From: Deltaproteobacteria bacterium | GTDB lineage: Bacteria; Bdellovibrionota_B; Oligoflexia; Oligoflexales; Bog-1112 | Assembly (NCBI GenBank): GCA_020635195.1 | Contig: JACKAG010000006.1 | Span: forward strand, 4,010 to 68,009 | Direction of reading: 5' to 3' | Length of the DNA stretch: 64,000 nt | Shown: positions 1 through 10,074 of the stretch, in pieces | Position numbering within the stretch: position 1 is the first letter of the stretch | Layout of the letters: the number at the start of each line of letters is the position of its first letter | Notes under the pieces: model-generated | Told to the model about the DNA's origin: nothing | The model's input: the letters and a program-made list of their open reading frames with translations, nothing else | Database searches by the model: none | Translations under genes and position numbers: made by a program

Positions 1-478
1 GGTTCAACAGATAAAGTCGATTCTGTTTTGCAAACGCATGATGAAAGTCATTGCCTTTCTCTGTAACCTCAATGAAATATTTGGGCCAGTAATAACGAGG
101 TGTTGGGCTTATTATTTCCGTGGCTTTGATCAGCGCACCTTCCATCGAGATCTCTTTTACCGGAGTTGTGTCTTCCTGATAACTGTCGATATGCGCTGCT
201 GTAAGAACATGGCAAACGGTTGGAAAGTCCGGCTTCATTAGCAGCTGGCTCGCTGAAATACTGAGAATATCGACAATACGATCAAGAATATCGTTCATCT
301 CTTTGACAAACAGCGCCTGATCAACTTCATCCAGACTGCAGTTAAGCCCAAGATTTCCTATAATTTTTGTGATTTCAAAGGAGATTTCTTTTTCTGGAAT
401 AATATCTTCTCTGCTAAGAGAGTATGTCCTGCTACCTGGCAGCATGAAAAAAAATATGACGATTGTGATCCATTTCAT
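1..478 (-). CDS. 5' part of an exported protein that continues the tra operon and runs off the left edge; weak TraU-like motif only
   Basis: Absent from the ORF track because it has no stop in the window. My manual minus-strand translation from the ATG at 478 gives MKWITIVIFFFMLPGSRTYSLSREDIIPEKEISFEI...SPTPRYYWPKYFIEVTEKGNDFHH... and stays open to position 2. The ATG overlaps the upstream stop (ATGA at 475-478). The hydrophobic N-terminus looks like a signal peptide. YYWPKYFIEVT loosely recalls the TraU SYWEP..DVT segment. Confidence 0.4.
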   Translation of the reverse strand, partial: MKWITIVIFFFMLPGSRTYSLSREDIIPEKEISFEITKIIGNLGLNCSLDEVDQALFVKEMNDILDRIVDILSISASQLLMKPDFPTVCHVLTAAHIDSYQEDTTPVKEISMEGALIKATEIISPTPRYYWPKYFIEVTEKGNDFHHAFAKQNRLYLLN

Positions 479-2214
479 AGCTGATCTTTCCCTGACAAAG
501 CTGGTGCTGCGATACTATCCTGAAGAGGATTTTCCTTATCCAGAGTTTTTTCTGTCACAAAGCTGACGGCCGCTATGGCTGATCCGGTGGGGACAGAGCG
601 AACAGCCGTGTACGTAGCGGATACCGAGGAGGATCGATGACTCTGCTCTGAGACATGTTCTGAGACACGTTCTGAGACATGGCAGGACTCTGTTCTGTTT
701 TGCCGCTGATCTGTAAGCACAAGAGAACGACGGGAGGAGATCTGGCCTCCGGAAGACAGAACCGTCCTCTGTATCTGCCGAAAGGAGTGCCCGGAAAACC
801 ATAATCCTGCGGGAAAAATCATAAAAATTCCGCCCCAGAGCCAGGCTTCGATGGTCAGCAGGGTCTGCTGTAACTGAAGCGCGATATCTGACATTCTGTT
901 CGCCGCAGCAAAGCTGATTCCGCTGAGAAGATAGGCCGGATCTGATTCTTTTATGATATCAGCCTGAGTCGCAAGGCCGGAAAGACCACTCATATAAAGA
1001 TGGAAAGAATCAGAAACGGATCTCATGAAATAAAGGTAAACCGGAGTTAGAAGAGACATCAGCCAGACCCATGAGAATATCTTAAACGGAACAGAAGAGA
1101 AAAAAAGCAGCAGACATATCATGGGAAAGGCCATTTTTACAAGAAGCTGCACTCCTGCAATCATCAGCGGAATATCCGACATATTCTGCTCAATGCCGGA
1201 CAGCAACCAGGCACGGAGCATAGCAGATTCCAGACCCATAAATCTGCGGACGGATGCAGCGATCGTATTCAGCTCAACGTCTGCTGTCGATGCGAGCCCG
1301 AAAGAGAGGGCATGATTCCTGCTCTCTCCTGTCAGATCCACAGCATAGTACTGCCGTAACATTTCTTTCTGGATCATCGCAGCCTGTGCCAGATTTGCCG
1401 CAACAGAATAGAGTTCCATGTAGAAGCTGGACTGTTCTGCTGTCCATGCTCTGATCTCCTGAATCCCCACGTGCTGCGTTTCACCATGGTTTGAGCCGAC
1501 CAGCACAAGGTTTTCCGGCATTTTAAGCGGATTTTTTTCACGGATATATGCTACCAGCTGTTCTCTTGTCCTCTTAAGATAGCTCAGACATATATGCTGA
1601 TCGTTTCCCATCGTAAATGTCCGCTGATTCAGAGCATCGCTCAGTTCCGCCACGATCTCATATTCATACTGTCCTGCATCTGTCATATGGCTTCTGCCAC
1701 TGAAGAGATCTGCCGGACTTGCTACCTTCCGGATCACATGTCCGTCGGATGAAATCTGATGAGTCAGAAGAGGAATGTCGGGGACACAGTTTTCGACCAG
1801 GACTCTGATCTGCCCTCCCAGAGCCGGATCTTCGATATCCATAGAGGCGGCTCTGGACAGAGCATTGTAGACAAAGCCAGGAGGAAAGGACATATCCGGC
1901 CTTGTCGTGCTCAGAATCCCATGGGTCATTTTGCTTAAGCTGTGCGAAAATGCCGTGCTTATATGATTAATCACCGTAAAACCGAAGGGAATTCCATGAA
2001 CCGGGACGCAGGCAAGCCAGGCCGCAAAAAATCGGGGAAAATGCCGGGAAAACACTCCATGCCTGAAAGAGGAAAACGTCTTCAGGCAGGCAAAAACAAA
2101 GGCTGCCCAGATGATGATTTTTGCAAAGATCGACTGATAAAGGTATGAAACCTCCTGTTCCATCACCATATCGCCGAAGTCTTTGACAAATTTTGCTAAG
2201 AGGGTATCAACCAC
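475..2214 (-). CDS. traG: TraG N-terminal-domain-like polytopic membrane protein (F-type T4SS)
   Basis: 579 aa with several hydrophobic segments (IIIWAAFVFACL, PLMIAGVQLLVKMAFPMICLLLFF, WVWLMSLLTPVYLYF, WLWGGIFMIFPAGLWF). VLVENCVPD resembles the TraG_N YVQNCV segment. It is adjacent to the traH-like gene, as in F. It is far shorter than F TraG, with no C-terminal domain, and has a low-complexity tail VSERVSEHVSEQ. Confidence 0.5.
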   Translation of the reverse strand: MVDTLLAKFVKDFGDMVMEQEVSYLYQSIFAKIIIWAAFVFACLKTFSSFRHGVFSRHFPRFFAAWLACVPVHGIPFGFTVINHISTAFSHSLSKMTHGILSTTRPDMSFPPGFVYNALSRAASMDIEDPALGGQIRVLVENCVPDIPLLTHQISSDGHVIRKVASPADLFSGRSHMTDAGQYEYEIVAELSDALNQRTFTMGNDQHICLSYLKRTREQLVAYIREKNPLKMPENLVLVGSNHGETQHVGIQEIRAWTAEQSSFYMELYSVAANLAQAAMIQKEMLRQYYAVDLTGESRNHALSFGLASTADVELNTIAASVRRFMGLESAMLRAWLLSGIEQNMSDIPLMIAGVQLLVKMAFPMICLLLFFSSVPFKIFSWVWLMSLLTPVYLYFMRSVSDSFHLYMSGLSGLATQADIIKESDPAYLLSGISFAAANRMSDIALQLQQTLLTIEAWLWGGIFMIFPAGLWFSGHSFRQIQRTVLSSGGQISSRRSLVLTDQRQNRTESCHVSERVSEHVSEQSHRSSSVSATYTAVRSVPTGSAIAAVSFVTEKTLDKENPLQDSIAAPALSGKDQL

Positions 2215-2281
2215 GTGCCCCGAGCCTCACGTCTTTATAAAATGGTTCGTGATAAAATATTTCGCACTGATCTGTATCTGT

Positions 2282-3757
2282 TTAAGAGGCTCCCGGGACG
2301 TGGATTTCCCCTTTCTGGCTGCTCTGATAAAGGCCAGAGGAGGACTCTCCGGCAGAAATGCCTGAATAGCGAGCTGCTTTTTCCATCACCCGAGTCCGGA
2401 CCCTTTCATGAATGCGCCGACCCAGCTCAGAAGATCTCTCTTCGGACTCCTGCTTAATCATCAGCATATCAATACTTGTTTTTGCTCTGGTCATCAGAAG
2501 CTCACAGTTTTTCTGTGCAACTGCGGAATGAAGCTCCGGATCTGTCATGCATCGCTGCTCAGCTCCCATGTAAATATCCCGAAGCTTGTCGATCTGCCGG
2601 ATATAGGAGGCGTCTGACGCAAGCTGATCGATGATATGCTCCATTTCTTCTGAAACAGAGAAAGAACCGTCATGATTCATATCTGCCAGAGGAAGGAGCA
2701 TCAGAATCTGTGACGGGGCAATCAGAAAGCCCGGCTCTTCATCATCCTTTGCTGGCCGGTAAATCAGTGAAGGCTGACCATGCCTCTCCCAGGCCTGTCT
2801 GTCCTTCCAGAGCGGCTCCGATTTTTCAAGAATCTGCCTGTCTGACAGACCTTTTTTCTTATACTCCATCATCGCCTTCACAATCTGTATCACGGCTTCT
2901 CTGATCTCATGCTTTTCTTTTTTCTGCCGAAACTCCGGGCTGTCCGGAAACGCTCCTCCCTGCATCACCTTATGGGTTTTACTGACAGATATCCCGGGAA
3001 ACAACTGCTCCGCAAAGGATCTGGCCTGAAAATAGCGGGAGTATCTTCTTTTGGAAGCGTTCAAAGACCGGCTCTCTGCTGCGCCCTTCACTTCATCGGG
3101 AAAAATCTTTGCGATCAGATCTTTCATGCTGAAATGATGATTGTTCTCAATGAGATCTGAGATATTCTCAGATCTTTTCTTTTTTGAAATTTCGTCGGGT
3201 GCTTTCCCTGAGTTGCAGGCAGCAATAGCCTGTCCTGCATAAGGGAACTCTGATTTATTCATCTTTTCTGCGACACAGCGTTTCATCGGCTCATGATGCA
3301 GGCGGCTCTGATCCGAGATCCCGTCAAAAATTTTGCAGGACTTCATGGTCAGACTGGCCTCCGAGGCAGCCAAAAGCTCGGCCTGGCTATACACACTACA
3401 AAACTGCGGGCTGATATTGCAGGCGATCATACTGGGCAGAGCTCCGGAAATCTGCACACTGACATCTTTGGCCTTCTTGCGGACCGGCTCACCCACATTC
3501 TTCCAGTAGTCCTTGGAAAGGATTTTAGGCGGCATATGCACCTGCACGGTCGTCCAGTCCGTATAGCCACAGACCTGTGATGCATTAAAATCCACCCTGA
3601 CATCCACAAGCTGCATCGTTGCCGCAGAAGGTGGCTGACCACTGTCCTGGCCAAAAGGAGCGATAACCCTGTCGGCTGGCCTGTGATAGATCGCGGCCCC
3701 GGCAAGGGCTTCTGTGGCAAAAAAAAGTCCTAAAATAACACGCTTCATGAACGACAC
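2282..3757 (-). CDS. traH: TraH-like periplasmic F-type T4SS protein
   Basis: 491 aa with signal peptide MKRVILGLFFATEALAG. ISPQFCSVYSQAELLAASEASLTMKSCK parallels the F TraH segment ...PEIKTAKDFLQKMASDINSMNLSSCQ, which I am recalling from memory. Size and position next to the traG-like gene fit. Confidence 0.5.
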   Translation of the reverse strand: MSFMKRVILGLFFATEALAGAAIYHRPADRVIAPFGQDSGQPPSAATMQLVDVRVDFNASQVCGYTDWTTVQVHMPPKILSKDYWKNVGEPVRKKAKDVSVQISGALPSMIACNISPQFCSVYSQAELLAASEASLTMKSCKIFDGISDQSRLHHEPMKRCVAEKMNKSEFPYAGQAIAACNSGKAPDEISKKKRSENISDLIENNHHFSMKDLIAKIFPDEVKGAAESRSLNASKRRYSRYFQARSFAEQLFPGISVSKTHKVMQGGAFPDSPEFRQKKEKHEIREAVIQIVKAMMEYKKKGLSDRQILEKSEPLWKDRQAWERHGQPSLIYRPAKDDEEPGFLIAPSQILMLLPLADMNHDGSFSVSEEMEHIIDQLASDASYIRQIDKLRDIYMGAEQRCMTDPELHSAVAQKNCELLMTRAKTSIDMLMIKQESEERSSELGRRIHERVRTRVMEKAARYSGISAGESSSGLYQSSQKGEIHVPGAS

Positions 3758-3769
3758 ACCCTGTTCCAG

Positions 3770-4636
3770 TTACATTCGGATCTCATTAAATGAGACATAT
3801 TTTAAAAAACAGCGGTCCTCCTTCACATGACAGAAAAATGAAAAGGTCAGATCCCCTGGTTTATATGTGTTGCTGTCACAATAGATCGAATAAGTTCCGG
3901 ACTGAGGATTTGAGGGGCTGACTTCCGGGCGAGCATCATCGTCTCCTTTGCTTAAGTCTGTCACATAGGCCTGACAGAAATTTTTGACATCCTCAGCGGA
4001 TATATCCTTGGTATCAAAGACATGGCCATTGACCTTCAGAATCCAGGTCATTTTTGGATGATCTTTTCTGCCCGAATAGGCCCCTTCGACCCGTATCATC
4101 GACTCACTCAGGCTTATACTCTCATCATCAGAGATCATGGGATAGTTTGATGGATACTGATAGATGGTTGCATCAGACCGTGAGCTACGGGACCTTGCCG
4201 TATACTTTCCCGGGTTAAATCCGCTTTCATTGAGCTCCTGAAGGGGCGTCTCTGTCAGATCATTGCCGATTCTGAAGAGGTTTTTTGTGCTGTCCACAGT
4301 CAGCACACCACGGCCACACTGATCATCAATCAGAATCCGCCCGCTTTCAAAGCTGCACAGAGGGACTGTCTTATCCGGATCAAGCTGAGACGCCATTTCA
4401 TCATGTCTGAGACAGTAACGAAAGTTCCAGTCGCAGCGTCTGTAGCACTGTCCGTTCACCAGCATCGGATTATCCGGATCATCACAGTGACCCGCCTGCG
4501 CGCGGGGCTCTGTATAGACATCATCCGGACGATCGGGTCGTCTTCGCCGGGAGCTGGAAGAAGACTCGTCCTGAGGACTGAAATCCGGAGAGCAGGCCAT
4601 CATGATCAGAAACAGCATGGAGACAATCAGGTTCAT
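3770..4636 (-). CDS. Cys-rich lipoprotein of unknown function embedded in the tra operon
   Basis: Lipobox FLIMMAC|S, followed by an SSSSRRRRPDRPDD linker and about 12 Cys residues. Its start overlaps the traC stop (4633-4636). I recognise no family. Confidence 0.6.
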   Translation of the reverse strand: MNLIVSMLFLIMMACSPDFSPQDESSSSSRRRRPDRPDDVYTEPRAQAGHCDDPDNPMLVNGQCYRRCDWNFRYCLRHDEMASQLDPDKTVPLCSFESGRILIDDQCGRGVLTVDSTKNLFRIGNDLTETPLQELNESGFNPGKYTARSRSSRSDATIYQYPSNYPMISDDESISLSESMIRVEGAYSGRKDHPKMTWILKVNGHVFDTKDISAEDVKNFCQAYVTDLSKGDDDARPEVSPSNPQSGTYSIYCDSNTYKPGDLTFSFFCHVKEDRCFLKYVSFNEIRM

Positions 4637-7215
4637 GATAAATCCTTTCCAAAAGGGTGATGCTTTGCCATATATTCGAGTGCAGTCGAAGGAGTATAGC
4701 CTTTTTTCATGGTGAGTCTGTCGTAGAGCTTTTTCTGATGATCATCTGTTGTGATCAGTGCATCCAGCAAGGGAGTCAGGGGAAGGAAGACACTGCCACG
4801 ATATCCATGACCTGTTCTGGATCTGATATATGCAGCGCTTCTTTTTAAGTGTTTTTCGAGTTTAAGTGAGGCAATAATCTGCCACTCGGCTTCTGTAAAC
4901 TGATCGCCCCAGGCTTCTTTTGCAAGGCTGACCATGTCTCCCATCGGCAAAAAGATCTTCTGACTGGCATTACTCCACAGATCCTGCCCGACTTCAGTAC
5001 AGTAGTCCCTGACCGAGTTGGTCACTGCCACAACAAAGGTATTGGTTTTGGGTCCGCTTTTAATGATGTCTGCTGCAAATGCGGACATATATTCTGCTGC
5101 CTTACCGCCACCTCTGACCAGAAGACCGAATTCCTCAAAGATCACCATTTTCGGAACACTGCGGTCCCCGTAATTATAAGAGATATCTCTTTTGATTCTG
5201 GTGGCTGCAATCTGCGTCGCCAGAATCTGATCCGCTTCTTTGGTTTTATCGGTGGCACCAAGGTCATAGATCACCACTCTGGTGGTAGGAGAAATGGGCT
5301 CTTTTCTCTCCCATGCCGAAAAGATGTAACCAAACTTGCCACCTTCAGAGAGGCCAAGCCCCCACTTGACCAGATCGGATTTCGCCTCTTCAAGATTTTT
5401 GACATGGTCTGATTTCAGCACCTGACAGGCTTCGTCAAATTCATTTTTGACATCCTGCCAGACCGGATGTGGATGAACCCCGCAGAGGCTTCCGGACTGT
5501 CCGGCAGCCTCTGCGGTTTTTCTGTGAGTTTTGTATGCCCTTGCCAGAGATTGTTTCAGAATTTCTTCGTGAGTCGAATCGAAACTGATGTTTGAATTGG
5601 CAAGATGAAGGGCTGTGACAATGATATTAAACAGCCTGCTCATTTCGGCACTGTCCTGACTGTCAACACCAGCAAAGGGGCTGAAGGGATCTTCAAGAAG
5701 GGCCTCAATCGAAAAATCGATAATGCGCCCCCCTGCAATATCAGAAGACTTTTTGTATGAGGTCCGGGCATCAATGCCTCTGACAATTCCATTCTGGGTT
5801 TCCAGAAACTCACACATCCAGACACTGGTCCACGAGCTTTTGCCTTTTCTGGCCTGCCCAAGGATCGCGGCAGTTCTCAGCTCAAAGCCTGTAAAGGGGC
5901 TGAAGCAGGTCGGTGTTCCGCAGCGTGAGATCAGCCATCTTGTCCCTTCGAGAGCTGAAGGACCATCGTAAACCGGCCAGAACGAGGCTGCATCTTCAAG
6001 GCGAACTTCCCGGGTTGCACCTTTGACCTTATGCCACTCTTTTCTGAGGTTCAGAGGAAGAGAGCACGAGATCATATGAACAGGAATTTCTTCTTCTTTC
6101 AGCATTCTTGCGCTGAGAAAATTGGTTGCATGGCTTCTGATCTGTGATTCATGAGCTTCTGTAGCATTGTAGACCAGAAGCCTCAGCGACTGGGTCCCGA
6201 AGGGGCGGGAATAACTGACAGACTGCTCAAAATCTTCATAGTCACGGACTTTTTCCTGACCATTGCCAGCCCATGCATACCAGACTTTAGCAACATTAAA
6301 AGATGATCGAGCCTGAAATGATCCGTCCGTAAAACACCAGACCATATCCCAGTTTTTAACAGGAAGCGCATCCATAAAATGGCGCAGAAGTCCGAAAGCA
6401 AAGTTCCCTGGCTCTGTCGCATTGTGAAGAATAAATGCCTTGATACTTTTTTCATCCCAGTAAAGACCGTCTTTTTTCCTTATCAGAGGAGGATTGTAGA
6501 TGGCCTTATGAATGTCTGTGCTTTCCGGATAAACTTTCTGCTTTGTTCCGCAATGAAGAATATCCTGTATGTATCCGATAAGCTCTTCAGAGGACAGCCT
6601 TCGTAAGGGAAATCCACTTTGCATCTGAAGTTCAAAAGATCGTATTTTTTCAAGGAACTCTCTTTTTGATGCTTCAAAAATATGGTCCAGCTCTTTTATC
6701 TGTTTTTTTTCCGGAACAAAATATGCGATAGCCGAACGAAGGATACTTGTCAGAGCGGTTTTTCGTTCCGGGTTCCAGTGAACCGCCAGATAAAATTTTC
6801 TTCTGACCGGCCTGATCATCTTAAAAAGATCTTTTTCATACTGATCCAGGATTTTTCCTGTCGCTGAATCCGAGTAAACGACCGGGTTTCCTGCTATCAT
6901 TTTTTCGGGAGCTTCTGCACTTTCTCTCTGGCTACAGTAAATCTGAATTGTGATGTTCCCCTGGCCATCCGGAATCCCACGGGAAAGCTCTCTTAATGCC
7001 TTAAAAATGAAAGAAAAGTCAGAAACAAGCCCGTCTGATCCGTTAAGGTTTTTGGGCTCGTCATAAATCCCGGGAAATTCCCAGACTATGCCAAGTCCTC
7101 CCTCCTGAGTCAGGAAAATATGATCTCCCATATCTTCTCTGATCGTCAGATGCCTTTCTGCAAAGGAGTCAGGAATATTATGAAACGGCTTACTATCCCG
7201 GAGCGTATTTTTCAT
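4633..7215 (-). CDS. traC: TraC/VirB4-family T4SS ATPase
   Basis: 860 aa, which is F TraC size. Walker A GQARKGKSS and Walker B-like PKMVIFEEFG. Positioned after the traB/lipoprotein genes, as in F-type operons. Confidence 0.85.
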   Translation of the reverse strand: MKNTLRDSKPFHNIPDSFAERHLTIREDMGDHIFLTQEGGLGIVWEFPGIYDEPKNLNGSDGLVSDFSFIFKALRELSRGIPDGQGNITIQIYCSQRESAEAPEKMIAGNPVVYSDSATGKILDQYEKDLFKMIRPVRRKFYLAVHWNPERKTALTSILRSAIAYFVPEKKQIKELDHIFEASKREFLEKIRSFELQMQSGFPLRRLSSEELIGYIQDILHCGTKQKVYPESTDIHKAIYNPPLIRKKDGLYWDEKSIKAFILHNATEPGNFAFGLLRHFMDALPVKNWDMVWCFTDGSFQARSSFNVAKVWYAWAGNGQEKVRDYEDFEQSVSYSRPFGTQSLRLLVYNATEAHESQIRSHATNFLSARMLKEEEIPVHMISCSLPLNLRKEWHKVKGATREVRLEDAASFWPVYDGPSALEGTRWLISRCGTPTCFSPFTGFELRTAAILGQARKGKSSWTSVWMCEFLETQNGIVRGIDARTSYKKSSDIAGGRIIDFSIEALLEDPFSPFAGVDSQDSAEMSRLFNIIVTALHLANSNISFDSTHEEILKQSLARAYKTHRKTAEAAGQSGSLCGVHPHPVWQDVKNEFDEACQVLKSDHVKNLEEAKSDLVKWGLGLSEGGKFGYIFSAWERKEPISPTTRVVIYDLGATDKTKEADQILATQIAATRIKRDISYNYGDRSVPKMVIFEEFGLLVRGGGKAAEYMSAFAADIIKSGPKTNTFVVAVTNSVRDYCTEVGQDLWSNASQKIFLPMGDMVSLAKEAWGDQFTEAEWQIIASLKLEKHLKRSAAYIRSRTGHGYRGSVFLPLTPLLDALITTDDHQKKLYDRLTMKKGYTPSTALEYMAKHHPFGKDLS

Positions 7216-7254
7216 CAGCTCAGCTGCCTTTATCCTTTGTTATGATCAGATGAT

Positions 7255-7629
7255 TCAGCTGTTTTCACTTCCTGCCTTCTGATCTTCTGTTCCTGTTTTT
7301 ATGTCTTTTTCATGATCATTTCGCAAAAAATTTTTCTGAAGAATCTGATGATAATCAAGATTCTCTCTTCCCAGATAAAAATAGACAGGCCCTCCGAGCC
7401 AGATATCACCACCCGGAGTAATCCGCCCATAAGACCAGCCCCTGATATGAACCGGACGACCCTTGCCTATATCTGTACTGCCATAGTCCTGACGGCCTTC
7501 TTTGTCTTTGTATTCCTCAAGGCCCGCGGAAAGCTGAGGACTTCCTTCAGGTGGAGTCTGACAGGAGCTTAAACCTGCTAAAGCGATCAGCATGGCGACC
7601 AGGACTTTTTGCTTCATCATAGCTGTCAT
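7255..7629 (-). CDS. traV: Small lipoprotein, possible TraV analogue
   Basis: Lipobox LAGLSSC|Q. RPVHIRGWSYGRITPGGDIWLGGPVYFYLG resembles the TraV C-terminal 'R..vWiaPy.D..g.l....vy.v' motif. It lies between traB and traC and overlaps the upstream stop (7626-7629). Confidence 0.4.
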   Translation of the reverse strand: MTAMMKQKVLVAMLIALAGLSSCQTPPEGSPQLSAGLEEYKDKEGRQDYGSTDIGKGRPVHIRGWSYGRITPGGDIWLGGPVYFYLGRENLDYHQILQKNFLRNDHEKDIKTGTEDQKAGSENS

Positions 7630-8093
7630 TTCTTTTTCTCTTCTTTTTCCAGTTTATGAACAAATTCCACAACTCCGCCGGATCTGTCCGCGGCCATCTT
7701 TTCTTCTACATACTTACGTGGATACTTAAAATCATGGTGAGTTTTCAACAGGACGAGTCCTTCATAGGACGGACTTATGCCCTCTTTGTGATTTTTATCA
7801 GAGACAACGGCATCAATATCATAAGAAGGTCCACAACTGATCCTTTGTACAAAGCCATGCTTTCTATAGTCATTCCAGTTAAACGCAAAGCGAGCCCTGA
7901 CCATACATGGCCTGATCCGGATAGCCTCTCCGTCAGTCCAGAAGTGGCTCAGACTGATTTCATCAGAATCTTTCTTCAGAAGCCCTATCAGATAAGATTC
8001 TTCCGGAATATGAATGGACTCATTGCAATTCTGACCATCTCCACAGCCACTCAGAAGCGACAAAAGGGCTAAGATCTGTAAAAAGCTCTTCAT
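7626..8093 (-). CDS. Lipoprotein of unknown function in the tra operon
   Basis: Lipobox LLSLLSGC|G and a Lys/Glu-rich C-terminus. It is translationally coupled on both sides (8090-8093 and 7626-7629). Confidence 0.55.
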   Translation of the reverse strand: MKSFLQILALLSLLSGCGDGQNCNESIHIPEESYLIGLLKKDSDEISLSHFWTDGEAIRIRPCMVRARFAFNWNDYRKHGFVQRISCGPSYDIDAVVSDKNHKEGISPSYEGLVLLKTHHDFKYPRKYVEEKMAADRSGGVVEFVHKLEKEEKKK

Positions 8094-9238
8094 GTGATCT
8101 CACCTTTCATCTTTCCGTTTGAATTTGTCTTTTTCATCATCTTTTTCAGGTAATCTGTCGGGATTCTTTCTCCAAAAAATTCTTCAGGAATCATCATATT
8201 GCCTTTAATTCCCATAAAGACTTTGGTTCCGGTTGGTACGGCAATTTTCGGCGACAGGGACATATAATAGTCAACCCACCAGTTCATCATTTTTCCCATG
8301 GATCCGCTCAGAGATTTTCCGGCAATATATTTTGCTTCATCACCAGTCACATTAGAGACACTTGTCGGATTTTCTATCCCCCTGATCTCTGTTTTCACCT
8401 GAAACTGAGCCATCGCTTCACCGAAAGCCCTCAGACCACTGTTAATAAAATCAAGAAACATCGCTGAATCTTTGCCATAAAAGACTGTTTCTCCTTTCAC
8501 GCCCATGTACTCGTCTGATCCGTCGATAATTTTTGCTTCACCGTCAACGGTGAAATCCCTGCCAGACTCCGACATACAGGTAATTTTTTCTGCCGAACCT
8601 TTGATCCTCTTCGTCGCTTCATCTCCCGTCACACTGGCCCACATCCGGCATCCGGACATTTCCACCACAGATCCGTTTGGCCCGATAAACGCATAATCCA
8701 GCTGAATCAGAACGTCTTCAGGATGCTGCGAGACTTCGACACCACTGAGCAGGGTTCCCATTGCGACGGAGCCATTCGGAAGGCTGACCATTTTCCGGTA
8801 AGAATCATTTCCGATATATTTCAGGTTCTGATGGATAATCCTCATTCCTGAAGGAAACCTGACAGGCTCTTCTCTGGTCACAGGTTGACGGATTTTCCTG
8901 GGCGCAGCGAATGAACGTTTGTGTCCCGGCTCTTTTATCTTTGTTCCTGTTCCCTGTACGGGCTGCACAGGCGAGACTGAGGCAGTCCTGACGGGGGCAC
9001 TCTCTGCTCCTGGGGCAATGGTCTTTACTGTACTTTCACGAAGAATCCTTCTCGAATTTTCTATAAAATCATCAATATTGACATCACTCAGATCCAGATG
9101 AGGAATCACCTGATCTCCCGGAATATAGGGACTGTTCATCGATCCTGAAATCACCTTATCCCCGGGAAGAGTCGAGTCCGATGGCGTCGCACTTATGTAC
9201 GAAGAGTTCAGCAATATAAAAAGGAACACTCGTTTCAT
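8090..9238 (-). CDS. traB: TraB/VirB10-like T4SS core protein
   Basis: 382 aa. A Pro-rich linker (APVRTASVSPVQPVQGTG) precedes a beta-rich C-terminal domain. The gene order K-B and the 4-nt overlap with traK (9235-9238) fit. Confidence 0.6.
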   Translation of the reverse strand: MKRVFLFILLNSSYISATPSDSTLPGDKVISGSMNSPYIPGDQVIPHLDLSDVNIDDFIENSRRILRESTVKTIAPGAESAPVRTASVSPVQPVQGTGTKIKEPGHKRSFAAPRKIRQPVTREEPVRFPSGMRIIHQNLKYIGNDSYRKMVSLPNGSVAMGTLLSGVEVSQHPEDVLIQLDYAFIGPNGSVVEMSGCRMWASVTGDEATKRIKGSAEKITCMSESGRDFTVDGEAKIIDGSDEYMGVKGETVFYGKDSAMFLDFINSGLRAFGEAMAQFQVKTEIRGIENPTSVSNVTGDEAKYIAGKSLSGSMGKMMNWWVDYYMSLSPKIAVPTGTKVFMGIKGNMMIPEEFFGERIPTDYLKKMMKKTNSNGKMKGEIT

Positions 9239-10074
9239 GGAAGCATCTCCAGAACATCTGTCGTGCTCAGCTTCACATGCCCCATCAGATAAATATAAAA
9301 GCTCTCTCCTGAATTAAGGTGCAGAGGGTGCTGCGCGTAGCCAGAAGACTTTTTTGCTGCGGAATAAATCAGATGTCCGGGAGTAGCATTGAAACTTTCC
9401 GGCATTGTAAAAGGAGTCAGGCTATAACCCTGCACCCTCCAGACGGTAAAGTTTTGTCCATCTGTTGCAGCATACTGGATAATATATCTGGCTTTTGCCG
9501 TGTCTTTTCCCTTCTGAATAAGTCCCCAGTTCGGTGTCATGTCACTGAGAAAACTCAGTGTGCCACCTTTAATTAATTCTCTGAATATATTCGAATAATT
9601 CTCATCTTTCATCATGGGAATATGGCTGCTGCTCTGTTTCTTAAGGGGCCTGAAATCTATGCCTGGCAGGGTGATATCAGGATTGGTTGAAATTTTCAGA
9701 TGAATCACATCATTATCAGCAAGTCTTATAATACATGATGCTGACTGAAGCTTTTTTACAGGAATAAGTTTCATCAGTCTGGCTGTAGAATCGGCCTCTT
9801 TTGCTTTTATTTTCTCAGCTTCCTTCTTATCATTTTGCATGATTCTGAGGGTTGCCTGATCATAGTCAGACAGATTTTCAACCTTCTCAAGACTGATCAC
9901 ATCAGATGGATTGCAGCTATATGCATAAGCAGGGGCCGGAAACGAAAGCATGGTCTGCTCGAAGGAATTCACCTCAACAGAAACCGGATCATTGCCATAA
10001 TAGACCGTCTTCTGAGCCCGTGCTATCCCTGATTCCAGAAGTAAAAGTAAGGATAATAAGACAAGTTTAAACAT
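9235..10074 (-). CDS. traK: TraK/VirB9-like T4SS core protein
   Basis: 279 aa with signal peptide MFKLVLLSLLLLLESGIARA. Size and position between the traE-like and traB-like genes fit. It overlaps the traE-like stop by 8 nt. Confidence 0.6.
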   Translation of the reverse strand: MFKLVLLSLLLLLESGIARAQKTVYYGNDPVSVEVNSFEQTMLSFPAPAYAYSCNPSDVISLEKVENLSDYDQATLRIMQNDKKEAEKIKAKEADSTARLMKLIPVKKLQSASCIIRLADNDVIHLKISTNPDITLPGIDFRPLKKQSSSHIPMMKDENYSNIFRELIKGGTLSFLSDMTPNWGLIQKGKDTAKARYIIQYAATDGQNFTVWRVQGYSLTPFTMPESFNATPGHLIYSAAKKSSGYAQHPLHLNSGESFYIYLMGHVKLSTTDVLEMLP

